Assembly: GCA_945829225.1 (NCBI GenBank)
Contig: CALZTY010000002.1
Location: 9,060 to 73,059, forward strand
Reading direction: 5' to 3'
DNA: 64,000 nucleotides
DNA from: an uncultured Bacteroidales bacterium
Lineage (GTDB): Bacteria; Bacteroidota; Bacteroidia; Bacteroidales; Muribaculaceae
Shown here piece after piece: positions 51,529-61,142 of the stretch; positions within the stretch are counted from its first letter, which is position 1, and each line of letters starts with the position of its first letter. Under the pieces are notes generated by a model. That model was not told where the DNA came from, did not search any database, and worked only from the letters and a program-made list of their open reading frames with translations. The translations under genes were made by a program, and so were the position numbers.

Positions 51529-54528
51529 TTAGAAGTTGAAAGAGAGACCAAAGTTAAATGTGCGCGAGGAGGGGAAGGTGGAGTAGTCGATGCCGGAGAC
51601 ACCAACTTCGGGGTCGAGACCGCTGTAGCCGGTGATGGTGGCGACATTCTCGCAGGAGAAGGTGACGCGTGCCTGCTCGAGAGCAAAGCGACGCAGCAAC
51701 TTGGAGGGCAGGTTGTAACTCAAGGTGATGTTCTTCAGGCGGATATATGAGCCGTCCTCGACAAAGCGGTCGCTCACGCGGCAGTTTTGGTTGGGATCTG
51801 CCCACACGGCGCGAGGCATATCGGTGACTTGTCCCGGGGTGGTCCAGCGGTCGGCTACTGTGGCATACTGGTTGTAGGCGGCTGCCATGCCTTCCATGTC
51901 GATGCGGGTGGCATTGTATATCTTGTTGCCGGCGACGCCTTGGAAGTAGATGGAGAGTTCAAAGCCCTTGTAGGTGAGGCGGTTGCCCAGTGAGAACAAC
52001 CATGTGGGGTTGGGGTTGCCGATAATGGTGCGGTCCTCGTCGTTGATGACACCGTCGTTGTTGAGGTCCTTGAAGCGGATATCGCCCGGCTCGGCACCCG
52101 GCTGGATAGCGTGGGCGCGTACCTCCTCGGTGCTCTGGAAGATACCATCGGTGACATAGCCGTAGAATACGTTCACCGGATAGTCGCGGTCGAGCATGGT
52201 CACAAACGAGTTGTTCACTTGATTGAGGTACTCGGGGGTGTCGCTGTTGAGGTCCTTGATGCGGTTGTGGTTGTAGGTAACTACCAAGGAGGTCTCCCAG
52301 GTGAGTTCGTTGTTGATATTCAGCGAATTGGCGCTAAGTTCCCAACCCATATTGCGCATCTTGCCGGCATTGGAGTAGGTGGTCATGGTGTCCTCAAAGC
52401 CCGAGGTGATGGGCACCGACGACTTCACCAGCATGTCGTTGGTATTCTTGATATAGCCGTCCAAGGTGACGTTCAAGCGCGAATTGAAGAGGCTCAAGTC
52501 AACACCGGCATTGAATTGCTCGATGGTCTCCCAGTGGATATAGGGGTTGGCGAGGGTTTGAGCCACCAGTGCATATTGGTTGGTGCTTGTGGAGCCGAAG
52601 GGGTAGGTGAGGGTGTTGAGCGTGGGCAGGTAGGAGAGGTCGGATACCGATGCTTGCGAGCCGGTGCGACCGTAGCCCAAGCGCAACTTGAGGTCGTTTA
52701 CGACGCTCTCGCGGTTGTAGAAACTCTCGTTGGAGATGCGCCAAGCGGCTGATACCGAGGGGAATGTGCCCCAGCGCTGCTTGGGACCGAAGCGGCTCGA
52801 GCCGTCGCGACGTACCGTGGCGGTGAGCATATAGCGGTTGTCAAACGAATAGTTGGCACGTGCCATGTACGAGAGCAACGACCACTCGCTGCGGCTGCCG
52901 TAGATGGCATACATTTCCATGCCATTGTTCATCTGATGTACGTTGTCAAAGAGGAAGCCGTTCATCTGTCCGGTGAGGTAGCGATAGTCGTTCCACTGTG
53001 CCGAGGTACCTGCCATGACGTTCAAGGCGTGCTTGCCGAAGGTCTTGTCGAAGGTGAAGTAGTTGTCCCACAGGTAGGTAAATGAGCGATAGTCGCCCTC
53101 GTAGTTGCTGCTCTCTTCCTCGGGGATGGGTTTCCAATCGTAGGCGGGCGAGAATGCCTCGTTGTACCAGAAATGGGCATCGTAGCCGAATGTCGAGCGG
53201 AACTGCAACCAATTGGTGAAGTAGATATCGGCAGAAATATTAGCCAAGAGGTTGTAGCCGTTGGTTGTCGAGCGATACACCTCGTTCTCGCCGATGGGGT
53301 TGCGAGTCGAACCATACCACTCGGCATTGCCCTCGGGACCGGTCCAGTTGCCGTCTTCGTCCTTGATGGAGAAGGTAGGCAGGGCGCGCATCGTCGAGGT
53401 CATATTGTAGCGTCCCGAGCGTTTGCGGTCGGTGGAGAACAGCAGGTTGTTCGACACCTTGAGCCATGAGGTGAGGCGAGCATCGTTGTTGCTTTGGAAG
53501 GTAAAACGGCGATAATCAACGTTTTCAACGATGCCGGTTTGGTCGAGGAAGCCTGCCGAGAAGTAGTAGTGAGCCTTGTCGTTGCCACCCGAGTATGAGA
53601 TGTTGTAGTTCTGCATCACGCCGGTGGTGAGCAGGGCGTCCATCCAGTCGGTGCCTTTGCCCAGAGCCGAGGGGTCAACCCATTCGGGATTGACATTGCG
53701 TCCCGAGTTGAGCATCATATCGTTGTTGAGAGAGGCGTAGCCGGCTGCGTCGAGCAGTTCCATAGTGCGTGCAGCGCTCTGTACGGCGACATTTGCCGAG
53801 AAGTTTAGGCGCGGAGTGCCTTCGGCACCGCGGCGAGTGGTAATCATCACCACGCCGTTAGCGCCACGCGAGCCGTAGATGGCTGTCGCAGAGGCATCCT
53901 TGAGCACATCGAGGCGCTCGATATCTTGGGGGTTCAACGAGTTGATACCCAGTTCGGTGGGCACACCGTCGATAACCACCAAGGGGTCGGAGTTGCGGGT
54001 GGAGCCGATACCACGTATCTTGATGGTGACATTGTCACCGGGCTTGGCGGCATCAATGACTTGTACACCCGAGATACGACCCTGCAGGGCTTGTCCCACC
54101 GAGGCTACGGGCACATCTTTAATGTCGCGCGCGCCCATGGAACCTACGGCACCGGTCAAGTCGCTCTTTTTCATCTGTCCGTAGCCCACTACCACCAACT
54201 CGTTGAGTGTGGCGGTGTTCTCTGCCATGACTACGTCGATGTGGTTGCGCCCTTCGACCGCGATGGTTTTGTTTTCAAATCCGATGTAAGAGAATTGGAG
54301 CTTGCCGTTGTCGGCAACCGTGATTGAGTAGTTGCCATCGAAGTCGGTGGCTACACCGGTGGTCTGTCCCACCACTACTACCGACGCACCGATAAGCGGC
54401 TCGCCGGTCACATCTGTCACTATGCCGCTGACTGTGATGTCGGCTGCATAAACACTCGCTGTGGTCATCAGTGATGCAACTATCGTTGCTAATGCCCTCA
54501 GTGAGTTTTTGAACTTTTGGGGATGCAT
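51529..54528 (-). CDS. susC: SusC/RagA-type TonB-linked outer-membrane transporter
   Basis: About 999 aa from MHPQKFKNSL. ITVSGIVTDVTGEPLIGASVVVVG carboxypeptidase-regulatory-like domain, NELVVVGYG plug region and C-terminal ...GLSFNF. Confidence 0.92.
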   Translation of the reverse strand: MHPQKFKNSLRALATIVASLMTTASVYAADITVSGIVTDVTGEPLIGASVVVVGQTTGVATDFDGNYSITVADNGKLQFSYIGFENKTIAVEGRNHIDVVMAENTATLNELVVVGYGQMKKSDLTGAVGSMGARDIKDVPVASVGQALQGRISGVQVIDAAKPGDNVTIKIRGIGSTRNSDPLVVIDGVPTELGINSLNPQDIERLDVLKDASATAIYGSRGANGVVMITTRRGAEGTPRLNFSANVAVQSAARTMELLDAAGYASLNNDMMLNSGRNVNPEWVDPSALGKGTDWMDALLTTGVMQNYNISYSGGNDKAHYYFSAGFLDQTGIVENVDYRRFTFQSNNDARLTSWLKVSNNLLFSTDRKRSGRYNMTSTMRALPTFSIKDEDGNWTGPEGNAEWYGSTRNPIGENEVYRSTTNGYNLLANISADIYFTNWLQFRSTFGYDAHFWYNEAFSPAYDWKPIPEEESSNYEGDYRSFTYLWDNYFTFDKTFGKHALNVMAGTSAQWNDYRYLTGQMNGFLFDNVHQMNNGMEMYAIYGSRSEWSLLSYMARANYSFDNRYMLTATVRRDGSSRFGPKQRWGTFPSVSAAWRISNESFYNRESVVNDLKLRLGYGRTGSQASVSDLSYLPTLNTLTYPFGSTSTNQYALVAQTLANPYIHWETIEQFNAGVDLSLFNSRLNVTLDGYIKNTNDMLVKSSVPITSGFEDTMTTYSNAGKMRNMGWELSANSLNINNELTWETSLVVTYNHNRIKDLNSDTPEYLNQVNNSFVTMLDRDYPVNVFYGYVTDGIFQSTEEVRAHAIQPGAEPGDIRFKDLNNDGVINDEDRTIIGNPNPTWLFSLGNRLTYKGFELSIYFQGVAGNKIYNATRIDMEGMAAAYNQYATVADRWTTPGQVTDMPRAVWADPNQNCRVSDRFVEDGSYIRLKNITLSYNLPSKLLRRFALEQARVTFSCENVATITGYSGLDPEVGVSGIDYSTFPSSRTFNFGLSFNF

Positions 54529-54591
54529 ATTAGACTTTAGGTTAGTTAATAAAATGTTGTGATTTTTAGGTTGTATTTTGGTTATACGGTG

Positions 54592-54599
54592 CAAAATTA
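54592..54599 (-). promoter_or_regulatory. -7-type promoter box (TAATTTTG) for susC
   Basis: Reverse complement of caaaatta, 64 nt upstream of the ATG at 54528. Confidence 0.4.
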
Positions 54600-54724
54600 A
54601 CAACAATTAATACCCAATATGAATTTGAGTATTAAAAAAGTAGATAGTTAAGGTGTGTAAAAATAATTAAGCGCCTGAATGTCAATATTCAAGCGCTCGG
54701 CTGCGGTAGTGAAACAAGTAGGCG

Positions 54725-56374
54725 TTATCTACCGATTTTTGCTACTTCTTCTTCCAATAATGCGCGGTCGCCGGCGGCTCGATTGCGCACCTTGGTGCGG
54801 TAGTTGTAGATGGTCGTCACCGAGTAGCGCAGGAATTTGGCTATCTTGGCGCTGTCGGTGATGCCAAGGCGGATGAGGGCGTAGATGCGCAACTCGGTGT
54901 TGAGCGTACCCTCGTGCTTGGGGTAGATGCGCTCGTCGGGATTGAGCAGATTGTTGAAGTCCTGCACAAAGGTGGGGAACAACTTGAGGAACGTGCTGTC
55001 AAAGTCGTTGTAGAAGTTGTCAAAGGCATCATCGAGCACGGCATCGCTCTCCAGGGTACGAGCCACGCGGTCGATATTGCCGGCGGCAAGGAGTTTGCGC
55101 AACTGCTTGCGATAGGCGGCGAGGGCATCGATGTTGTGGAGGCATTGCTCCATATATCGCCCGATATACTCGGTGCGTATGCGCGAGTGCTCGGCGATAT
55201 CGGCATTTGCCTCGTGCAGTTGTTCGTTGAGGCGACGCAGATTGGTGTTGGCATCGGCGACTTGTGCGCTGATGCGACGGGCATGGCGCATCTGCTTGTA
55301 TACCCAGAAGAGCGCCGCGGCAAGGAATACTACCAATAAGGCTATGAGCCACAGCATACTGCGCTGGCGACGTTGCTGGTCGCGGATGGTCGAGATATAC
55401 ATCTCGTTGATTAGCGGGAATGCCTCGTTAATCTCGAAGATGCGCAGGCGCGAGCCACTCGAGGTGGCATCATCGAGGCATAGTCGCAGCAACTGATAGG
55501 CTCGCTCCAGGTCTCCCTCATTATATAATAATACGGCGAGTTGGCGAGGCGATACATACTCGCGCACTCCCGAGCGCAGGTCGTCGATGGCTGAGATGAG
55601 CAGGTAGCGCTTGTAATTGGCTTCGTCGCCGGTGAGGCGGTATGCCTCGGCGAGGGTGTAGGCAAATATCGCCTCCTCGTGCTCGCTCATCGGGTGGTTT
55701 GAGATATACGCGTTGAGGGTGGCGATGGCTTGCTCGCTCTGCCCCGTGGCGTTGTACATGTCGCCCTTGATGAGCGACCATGTGCTCGTGGTGCGGTCGT
55801 TGACCGTCAGCAACGAGTCGCGATAGCATGCGGTGAGATAGCGGTAGTGACGTCGGTCGCTCTCGCGCACGGCATAGTCTGCCATATTGCCGTAGGTGGT
55901 ACGCTTGATATGGAAGTAGTAGGGGTAGAGGTAGTCGGGCAGGTCAAGCAAGGTGATGTCGCGCATGATGTCGAGAACCTCGGTATATGAGCCGGTCATA
56001 CTCAGCACATTGGCGGTGTTGAGGCGCCCGTTGATGTATTGCTCGTGTGAATTGTTGCTCAGTCCCACAGCCTCGCGCTCGGCGGCGATGGCTATGGCTG
56101 AATCGGCGGCATATGACAAATATTCGTCGTAGAGCCGTCCCAGCGCCGCGAAGCGCTGGTCGGCGGTGTGGGTGGTGTCGACGGCATCGCGTAGCCGTGC
56201 CAGGCGCTCTTCCTTGATTTGCAAGTAGTATTGGCGACGCTCCATCACGTTGTCGAGTACGCCCATCAGCGAGTCTATGGGCGCATCATTCAGCGAGGCT
56301 CTTGCAGGCACAGCGCTGCCTGCAATGGCTATGGCAGCCATTATTGACAGTACCGCTGTGCCTATCTTGCTCAT
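54725..56374 (-). CDS. PUL-associated membrane regulator (DUF6377-like: periplasmic TPR region, one TM, cytoplasmic HTH)
   Basis: 549 aa. Signal/anchor, TPR-like repeats, TM LWLIALLVVFLAAALFWVY and C-terminal HTH LRIYALIRLGITDSAKIAKFLRYSVTTIYNYRTKVR. Adjacent to susC. Confidence 0.65.
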   Translation of the reverse strand: MSKIGTAVLSIMAAIAIAGSAVPARASLNDAPIDSLMGVLDNVMERRQYYLQIKEERLARLRDAVDTTHTADQRFAALGRLYDEYLSYAADSAIAIAAEREAVGLSNNSHEQYINGRLNTANVLSMTGSYTEVLDIMRDITLLDLPDYLYPYYFHIKRTTYGNMADYAVRESDRRHYRYLTACYRDSLLTVNDRTTSTWSLIKGDMYNATGQSEQAIATLNAYISNHPMSEHEEAIFAYTLAEAYRLTGDEANYKRYLLISAIDDLRSGVREYVSPRQLAVLLYNEGDLERAYQLLRLCLDDATSSGSRLRIFEINEAFPLINEMYISTIRDQQRRQRSMLWLIALLVVFLAAALFWVYKQMRHARRISAQVADANTNLRRLNEQLHEANADIAEHSRIRTEYIGRYMEQCLHNIDALAAYRKQLRKLLAAGNIDRVARTLESDAVLDDAFDNFYNDFDSTFLKLFPTFVQDFNNLLNPDERIYPKHEGTLNTELRIYALIRLGITDSAKIAKFLRYSVTTIYNYRTKVRNRAAGDRALLEEEVAKIGR

Positions 56375-56378
56375 TGTA

Positions 56379-59300
56379 TTACTTCAGCACGATGAACGAT
56401 ACTGTGGCGGTGTTGCCATAGGAGCGTCCCGAGGTCGAGAGTATCGAGGCTTGGTAGCGACCGTCGCCGACGGTGTTGCCGTTGTTGTCCTTGAGATTCC
56501 ACTCGTAGGGGAGGGTAACATTGGTGGCGCTGAACACTGTGTTGCCCACAGCATCGCTGATTATCAGGCGATTGTCGCCGCTGATGGCTGTCTCGCTGTC
56601 GATGGTGGCAACGGTGACGGCGGGTTCCTCGGCAACGGTGAGCGGCGTGGCTGTGCTGCGGGTGACGACCACAAAGTCGATGGTGGCTTGGTCGACTTCG
56701 CCGATATTGTTCACAACGGTGAGGGTTGCGGTGTGGATGCCGTCGCTCAAGTCGCTCAGGGTCATCTTGAAGCGTGTCACGTCGTCGCTCTCGTAGGAGA
56801 ATGTCGATGCCGGGCATTGTATCGGAGTGCCGTTGTCCACCAGGAGGGTGGTGTGAGTGCTCAGATTGGTGTTGCCCAGGGCGATGCCGGCAGCCGAGGG
56901 ATTGACGAGGGCTACGATGGTGGGATTGGGCGAGGTCTCGCCGCCGTTTTCAAATTGCTCCTGGTCGAGGTAGATATCCAATATCTCGGGAGCGCCGGCA
57001 ACGACTTCGCCCGTGTCGTTGGGGTCGTAGTCAAGTACCTTGAGCACGCGGCCGCTACCGATGGCGGCAACGCGTCCGTCAGCATCGTATGCAGTGACTA
57101 TCAGACGGTTGAGACCGCTGTTTGCCGGTATAGGTGCAGTGATGGTGGCATCGAAGGCACCATTGGTTACCGCTACCTCAACCGCTGTGAGCACATCAAA
57201 TTCCTGGGTGACCTCTGCCGGGGTATATGACGACTCGCCATAGGTGTTGTATGTGCTGTTGGTGACCGGTGTTGCGAGGATTTTCACTATAGCAGTGCCG
57301 GAGAAGTCGGCACCGTCGGTGATGGTGCCACACACGTGGAAGGGTACCATAGGCTTGACACTCACCGGAGTAGCCTCGGGGTCGGTGGGGTCAACCGCGT
57401 TGCCTGCCACGCTCTCGATGGCTACGGCGTATTGGGGTGTATATGCAGGCAGGGCGGGGTCGCCGGCGAGGTTGTAACTCATGCAGTTGAGCAACGAGGG
57501 TGTGGGCTGGGTGATGTCGCCGGCTTGATATCTGTCAATGATGATATCGCGAGTGCGCATGAAGATGTCGCCATAGGTGTCGCCGGGTTGTGATTGAGCG
57601 TAGGCGCGAGCCGTCGACAGGCATTGCAGTTGGTTGTAGTTGATATACACGCTGCGCACGGCGCCGATGCCGGCTATCATGCCACCGTTTGCCGAGAAGA
57701 GCATACTCTCCATCAAGCCGTTGGCTTGGCGGTCGAAGGCAAATTGGTCGCACGACGAGAACATCACAAAGGGTGGGTAGGGAACCTTCAATTCCGAAAC
57801 AATGGAGTTGTCCAAGCCCTCGATGTAGGTGGGACCGCCGTGTCCGCTGTAGGAGAAGTAGCCTACACCGTCCTGCAAGGCGCTCTTCAGGAGCACGGGG
57901 AGTGCGCCCGAGACTTTGCCGTCGCCCGAGTCATACAGTTGGGAGTGGACGTTGACACAGGTGATGTCCGGGCAATCTTGTACCATGTATTTGCTTACCT
58001 CTTCGGCGTGCTGCAGGTGAGCGTTGAGGTCGCCCGAGCCACCGAAAGCCATGGCGCGCATGGTGACATCGGCATGGCGAGGCGTACTCAAGTGGGCTAT
58101 CGCCTTGTCGACATATGTGCAAGCCTGTCCCACGCTGATGGCGGGGATGCGTCCTACAGCTATCTGTGCGCGTTGTTGCGTGATTTCGCTATGGCGGTAG
58201 GAGTCGAGCAGTGCCGCAAAGTACATATCGCCGGCATAGTTGGTGATGATGTTGCTACTCTGGGTTTGGTCGGTAGTCTGGTAGGTAACCAGGCGGTCGA
58301 CGGGAGCCGACTGTATGCAACGGTTGTCGTACAGCGACTGTCCCAGGAATAGTAAGTATTTGAATTTCGATGAGTTGCGGTCGTAGAACATCTTGGCAAG
58401 GCGACGATAGCCCATGGCATCGCGCGAGCCGCTCGAGAACTCGTTGAACACGGCATTGTGCTCGGCAACGACTACATCAAGACCCTGGTAGGTGCGGTGT
58501 GCGGCGGCGAGGCGCTCAGCCTCCTCCATCATGTCGGCAGTGGCGATGATGAGCATGTCGGGAGTCGACAGTCCGTGGAGGTTTTGGTTGGCTACCACGC
58601 CATTGATGCTCGGAGTCGGGAAGGTCAGGGTGGGGTTGAAAGCCACCGAGCGGCGAGTGTTGCTCTCGCTGAGCACGTATGTGGCGGTGCCTGCTTCGCC
58701 ATCAAAGGTCAAGGGATACGATGCCATCTTGGCGGTGTTGTCGATGCTCCACACTGCCAGTTCGCCCTCGGCGGCGGTGAATTGTATCGGACGCCCTACC
58801 TCGTTCTCGTCTTCGCCGTAATTGACTATCAGATAGGGGTTGTCGGCATCGAGAACGTTGGCGCGGGGGTAGCGCAGTACCACGTAGTCGGGGGCGGCAT
58901 AGCGGATTTTGGTCGACGGAACGGTGACGGTGAAAGTCACTGTCTCGCTATTGAGGTCAACGCCATCGGCGGGTTGGAAGTAGAGGATACCGCGGCAGTT
59001 GGAGTAGTATGTGTAGTCGTTCTCGCTCAGCGGCGAGGGGTTGCTGTTGGAGGTGCTCAGTGTGGTCACATTGGCGGTGGCAGCGCTGCTCAGCGACTTG
59101 GATGATGTCTCGGAGATGGCAAAGAAATAGCAGAACGACCCGCGGTCGTACATTGTCGACCCTTCAAAGTTCTTGATGTGGTAGTCGTAGTCGATTTTGG
59201 CACCGGCACTCACGGGTGCTCCGTGATAGTTGACACCGCCATTGATGGGATTTTGCAAGTCGAGGTCGTTGAGGTCGAGGTGGATATGGTTGGTGCGAGC

Positions 59301-59786
59301 GCTCTTGGTAGCCGTTGTGACAGCCTTGGCGGGGATGGCGCTCACGCCAAATGCATCGGTGAGGAAGTAGTGCGACTGTGTGTCGTAGTAGTTCTTGGCG
59401 GTGATGAAGCGATCGTTGCTATTGCCGATGCACGACAGCGTAGCCATCGACACGTTGCCTTGTCCGAAGAACAGGATGCGCCCGTCGGAGGTGTGCATCG
59501 TCGGCGTGGCGACGAGGTCATCGGGGTCGTTGGCACTGAAGGTGTTGGCTGCCAGTTTCATAGCGCCGTAGCCATACACCTGCACTTGCTCGGGATTGGC
59601 AAAGCCCATATCGCGCAGTTGGTCGTAGGTGAATTGATAAATGCCCTCCTCGGGAGTGCTTACCTTCACCCAGTGTCCCGTACTCAACACGGATGTCTTG
59701 GTATAGTAAGATGTCGACAGGGCGAGGGCACCTTGTCCCATGCCTGCTAATGCTATCAGTATCAGAGCGATGAACCTCGTTTTCAT
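56379..59786 (-). CDS. Peptidase C25 (gingipain-family) protein, PorU-like T9SS C-terminal signal peptidase candidate
   Basis: 1135 aa. N-terminus SVLSTGHWVKVSTPEEGIYQFTYDQLRDMGF resembles PorU proteins. Catalytic His context YSGHGGP and Cys context MFSSCDQF. Ig-like C-terminal domain. Confidence 0.55.
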   Translation of the reverse strand: MKTRFIALILIALAGMGQGALALSTSYYTKTSVLSTGHWVKVSTPEEGIYQFTYDQLRDMGFANPEQVQVYGYGAMKLAANTFSANDPDDLVATPTMHTSDGRILFFGQGNVSMATLSCIGNSNDRFITAKNYYDTQSHYFLTDAFGVSAIPAKAVTTATKSARTNHIHLDLNDLDLQNPINGGVNYHGAPVSAGAKIDYDYHIKNFEGSTMYDRGSFCYFFAISETSSKSLSSAATANVTTLSTSNSNPSPLSENDYTYYSNCRGILYFQPADGVDLNSETVTFTVTVPSTKIRYAAPDYVVLRYPRANVLDADNPYLIVNYGEDENEVGRPIQFTAAEGELAVWSIDNTAKMASYPLTFDGEAGTATYVLSESNTRRSVAFNPTLTFPTPSINGVVANQNLHGLSTPDMLIIATADMMEEAERLAAAHRTYQGLDVVVAEHNAVFNEFSSGSRDAMGYRRLAKMFYDRNSSKFKYLLFLGQSLYDNRCIQSAPVDRLVTYQTTDQTQSSNIITNYAGDMYFAALLDSYRHSEITQQRAQIAVGRIPAISVGQACTYVDKAIAHLSTPRHADVTMRAMAFGGSGDLNAHLQHAEEVSKYMVQDCPDITCVNVHSQLYDSGDGKVSGALPVLLKSALQDGVGYFSYSGHGGPTYIEGLDNSIVSELKVPYPPFVMFSSCDQFAFDRQANGLMESMLFSANGGMIAGIGAVRSVYINYNQLQCLSTARAYAQSQPGDTYGDIFMRTRDIIIDRYQAGDITQPTPSLLNCMSYNLAGDPALPAYTPQYAVAIESVAGNAVDPTDPEATPVSVKPMVPFHVCGTITDGADFSGTAIVKILATPVTNSTYNTYGESSYTPAEVTQEFDVLTAVEVAVTNGAFDATITAPIPANSGLNRLIVTAYDADGRVAAIGSGRVLKVLDYDPNDTGEVVAGAPEILDIYLDQEQFENGGETSPNPTIVALVNPSAAGIALGNTNLSTHTTLLVDNGTPIQCPASTFSYESDDVTRFKMTLSDLSDGIHTATLTVVNNIGEVDQATIDFVVVTRSTATPLTVAEEPAVTVATIDSETAISGDNRLIISDAVGNTVFSATNVTLPYEWNLKDNNGNTVGDGRYQASILSTSGRSYGNTATVSFIVLK

Positions 59787-59795
59787 GCGTATGTA

Positions 59796-60311
59796 TTATT
59801 TTATTTTAAATGTCAATAATGAGTTGCCGTCTTCGGCTTTTATATCTATCAATTGGTGGTTGCAGAGCTTGAAGCGAGCGATGACCTCGGGGAGGATTAT
59901 CACATCGCCGGTCTTGAAGGTGGCGCCGATGCTCAATTTGCTGATAGCCTCGGCGATCGCCTCGCTGTCGGGGACAAAGACCCCGGTGGCGATGTCGCTG
60001 CTGTAAGCGATGGGAACGATGCCCTCAATCCATGTGCCCTGGATTATGGAGTCGTCGCTCCAGGGTAGCATCTCGGGGCTGTGCACATATGCCACGAGGG
60101 CGATTGCGCCTGCATAGCGCAGGGCAAATTGCCGATTGATGCACTTGCCGAGGCGGTCGATGCGCACCGCTGTGCGTATCTCACACTCTACCTCATCGGC
60201 TCCGCTCTCGGGCATAAACAGCGGGCGTCGGTCGGGACGCCATGCCGAGTCTGCCATCAATACAGCGGCGCGAGCATCGGTGGGTGTGCTGTCGAGCCTC
60301 AGTATCTTCAT
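59796..60311 (-). CDS. Hypothetical protein translationally coupled to rex (possibly a degenerate FAH-like fold)
   Basis: 171 aa from MKILRLDS (ATG 60311). ATGA overlap with the rex stop. The longer track ORF would overlap rex by 130 nt. Confidence 0.45.
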   Translation of the reverse strand: MKILRLDSTPTDARAAVLMADSAWRPDRRPLFMPESGADEVECEIRTAVRIDRLGKCINRQFALRYAGAIALVAYVHSPEMLPWSDDSIIQGTWIEGIVPIAYSSDIATGVFVPDSEAIAEAISKLSIGATFKTGDVIILPEVIARFKLCNHQLIDIKAEDGNSLLTFKIK

Positions 60312-60988
60312 CGGCTCGTCGGGTCGGGAAGGTTGGACAGGCGATTGTACATCACCGCCAAGTGGGAGTATATCGAGGTGTTGGTCACCACCACGTCGTC
60401 GTTGTCGACGCGGATGCGCGTCGGGGTAAAGTTCCACAGGGCGCGCACTCCGGCGGCTATCAAGGCGTCGGCGACAGTCTGTGCGCTCTCCACGGGCACC
60501 GCGATGATGCCCACGGTGATGTGTAGCCTCTCGACCATCGGCGCCAATTGCTCGGGTCCGTACACCGGGATGCCGGCAATCTCCGTGCCTATCAATCCCG
60601 GATTGGTGTCAATGCCCGCCACGATATTCAAGCCGTAGCGCTGCAAGCCGCTATCCTGCATCAGTGCCGCGCCCAGCGAGCCGGCGCCTACCATCACCGC
60701 ATCGTGTCGCTGCGAGAAGCCCAGGAACGACCGCAACGCATCCTCCAGCGATGCCACTTCGTAGCCGATGCGTGTCTTGCCCTTGATGTTGATGAAGGAT
60801 AAGTCCTTGGCAATCTGCGACGAGTCGACGTGCAATTCCTCGGAGATGCGGGTCGACGACACATACTCGATGTTCTCGCTACGCAACATCGATACATATG
60901 CCAAGTACCACGGCAACCGGCGTATCGTCGGCTCCGGCAGCAACTCCGTCGCTTTGTTCGGCTTATTTTCGCTCGTTCCTCGTCTCAA
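60308..60988 (-). CDS. rex: Redox-sensing transcriptional repressor Rex
   Basis: 226 aa. RRLPWYLAYVSML...VSSTRISEELHVDSSQIAKDLSF winged helix and a Rossmann motif VMVGAGSLGAAL. Confidence 0.88.
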   Translation of the reverse strand: MRRGTSENKPNKATELLPEPTIRRLPWYLAYVSMLRSENIEYVSSTRISEELHVDSSQIAKDLSFINIKGKTRIGYEVASLEDALRSFLGFSQRHDAVMVGAGSLGAALMQDSGLQRYGLNIVAGIDTNPGLIGTEIAGIPVYGPEQLAPMVERLHITVGIIAVPVESAQTVADALIAAGVRALWNFTPTRIRVDNDDVVVTNTSIYSHLAVMYNRLSNLPDPTSR

Positions 60989-61014
60989 TTGCTCATTAGT
61001 TTATAAATCAAGCG

Positions 61015-61022
61015 CAAAGTTA
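61015..61022 (-). promoter_or_regulatory. -7-type promoter box (TAACTTTG) for rex
   Basis: Reverse complement of caaagtta, 27 nt upstream of the ATG at 60988. Confidence 0.45.
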
Positions 61023-61088
61023 CAAAAATCTCGCCAATTATTCAACATCTCACATTTGCCAAATCGATAAATATTAATGGTGTACGGT

Positions 61089-61124
61089 GAGAGCGGCTGT
61101 TGCAATGACGCAACAGCCGCTCTC
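61089..61124 (-). terminator. Perfect 15-bp hairpin downstream of the 636-aa T9SS cargo gene
   Basis: gagagcggctgttgc aatgac gcaacagccgctctc. There is no clear T tract. Confidence 0.4.
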
Positions 61125-61142
61125 GCTGTATTGTGGGGTGTA

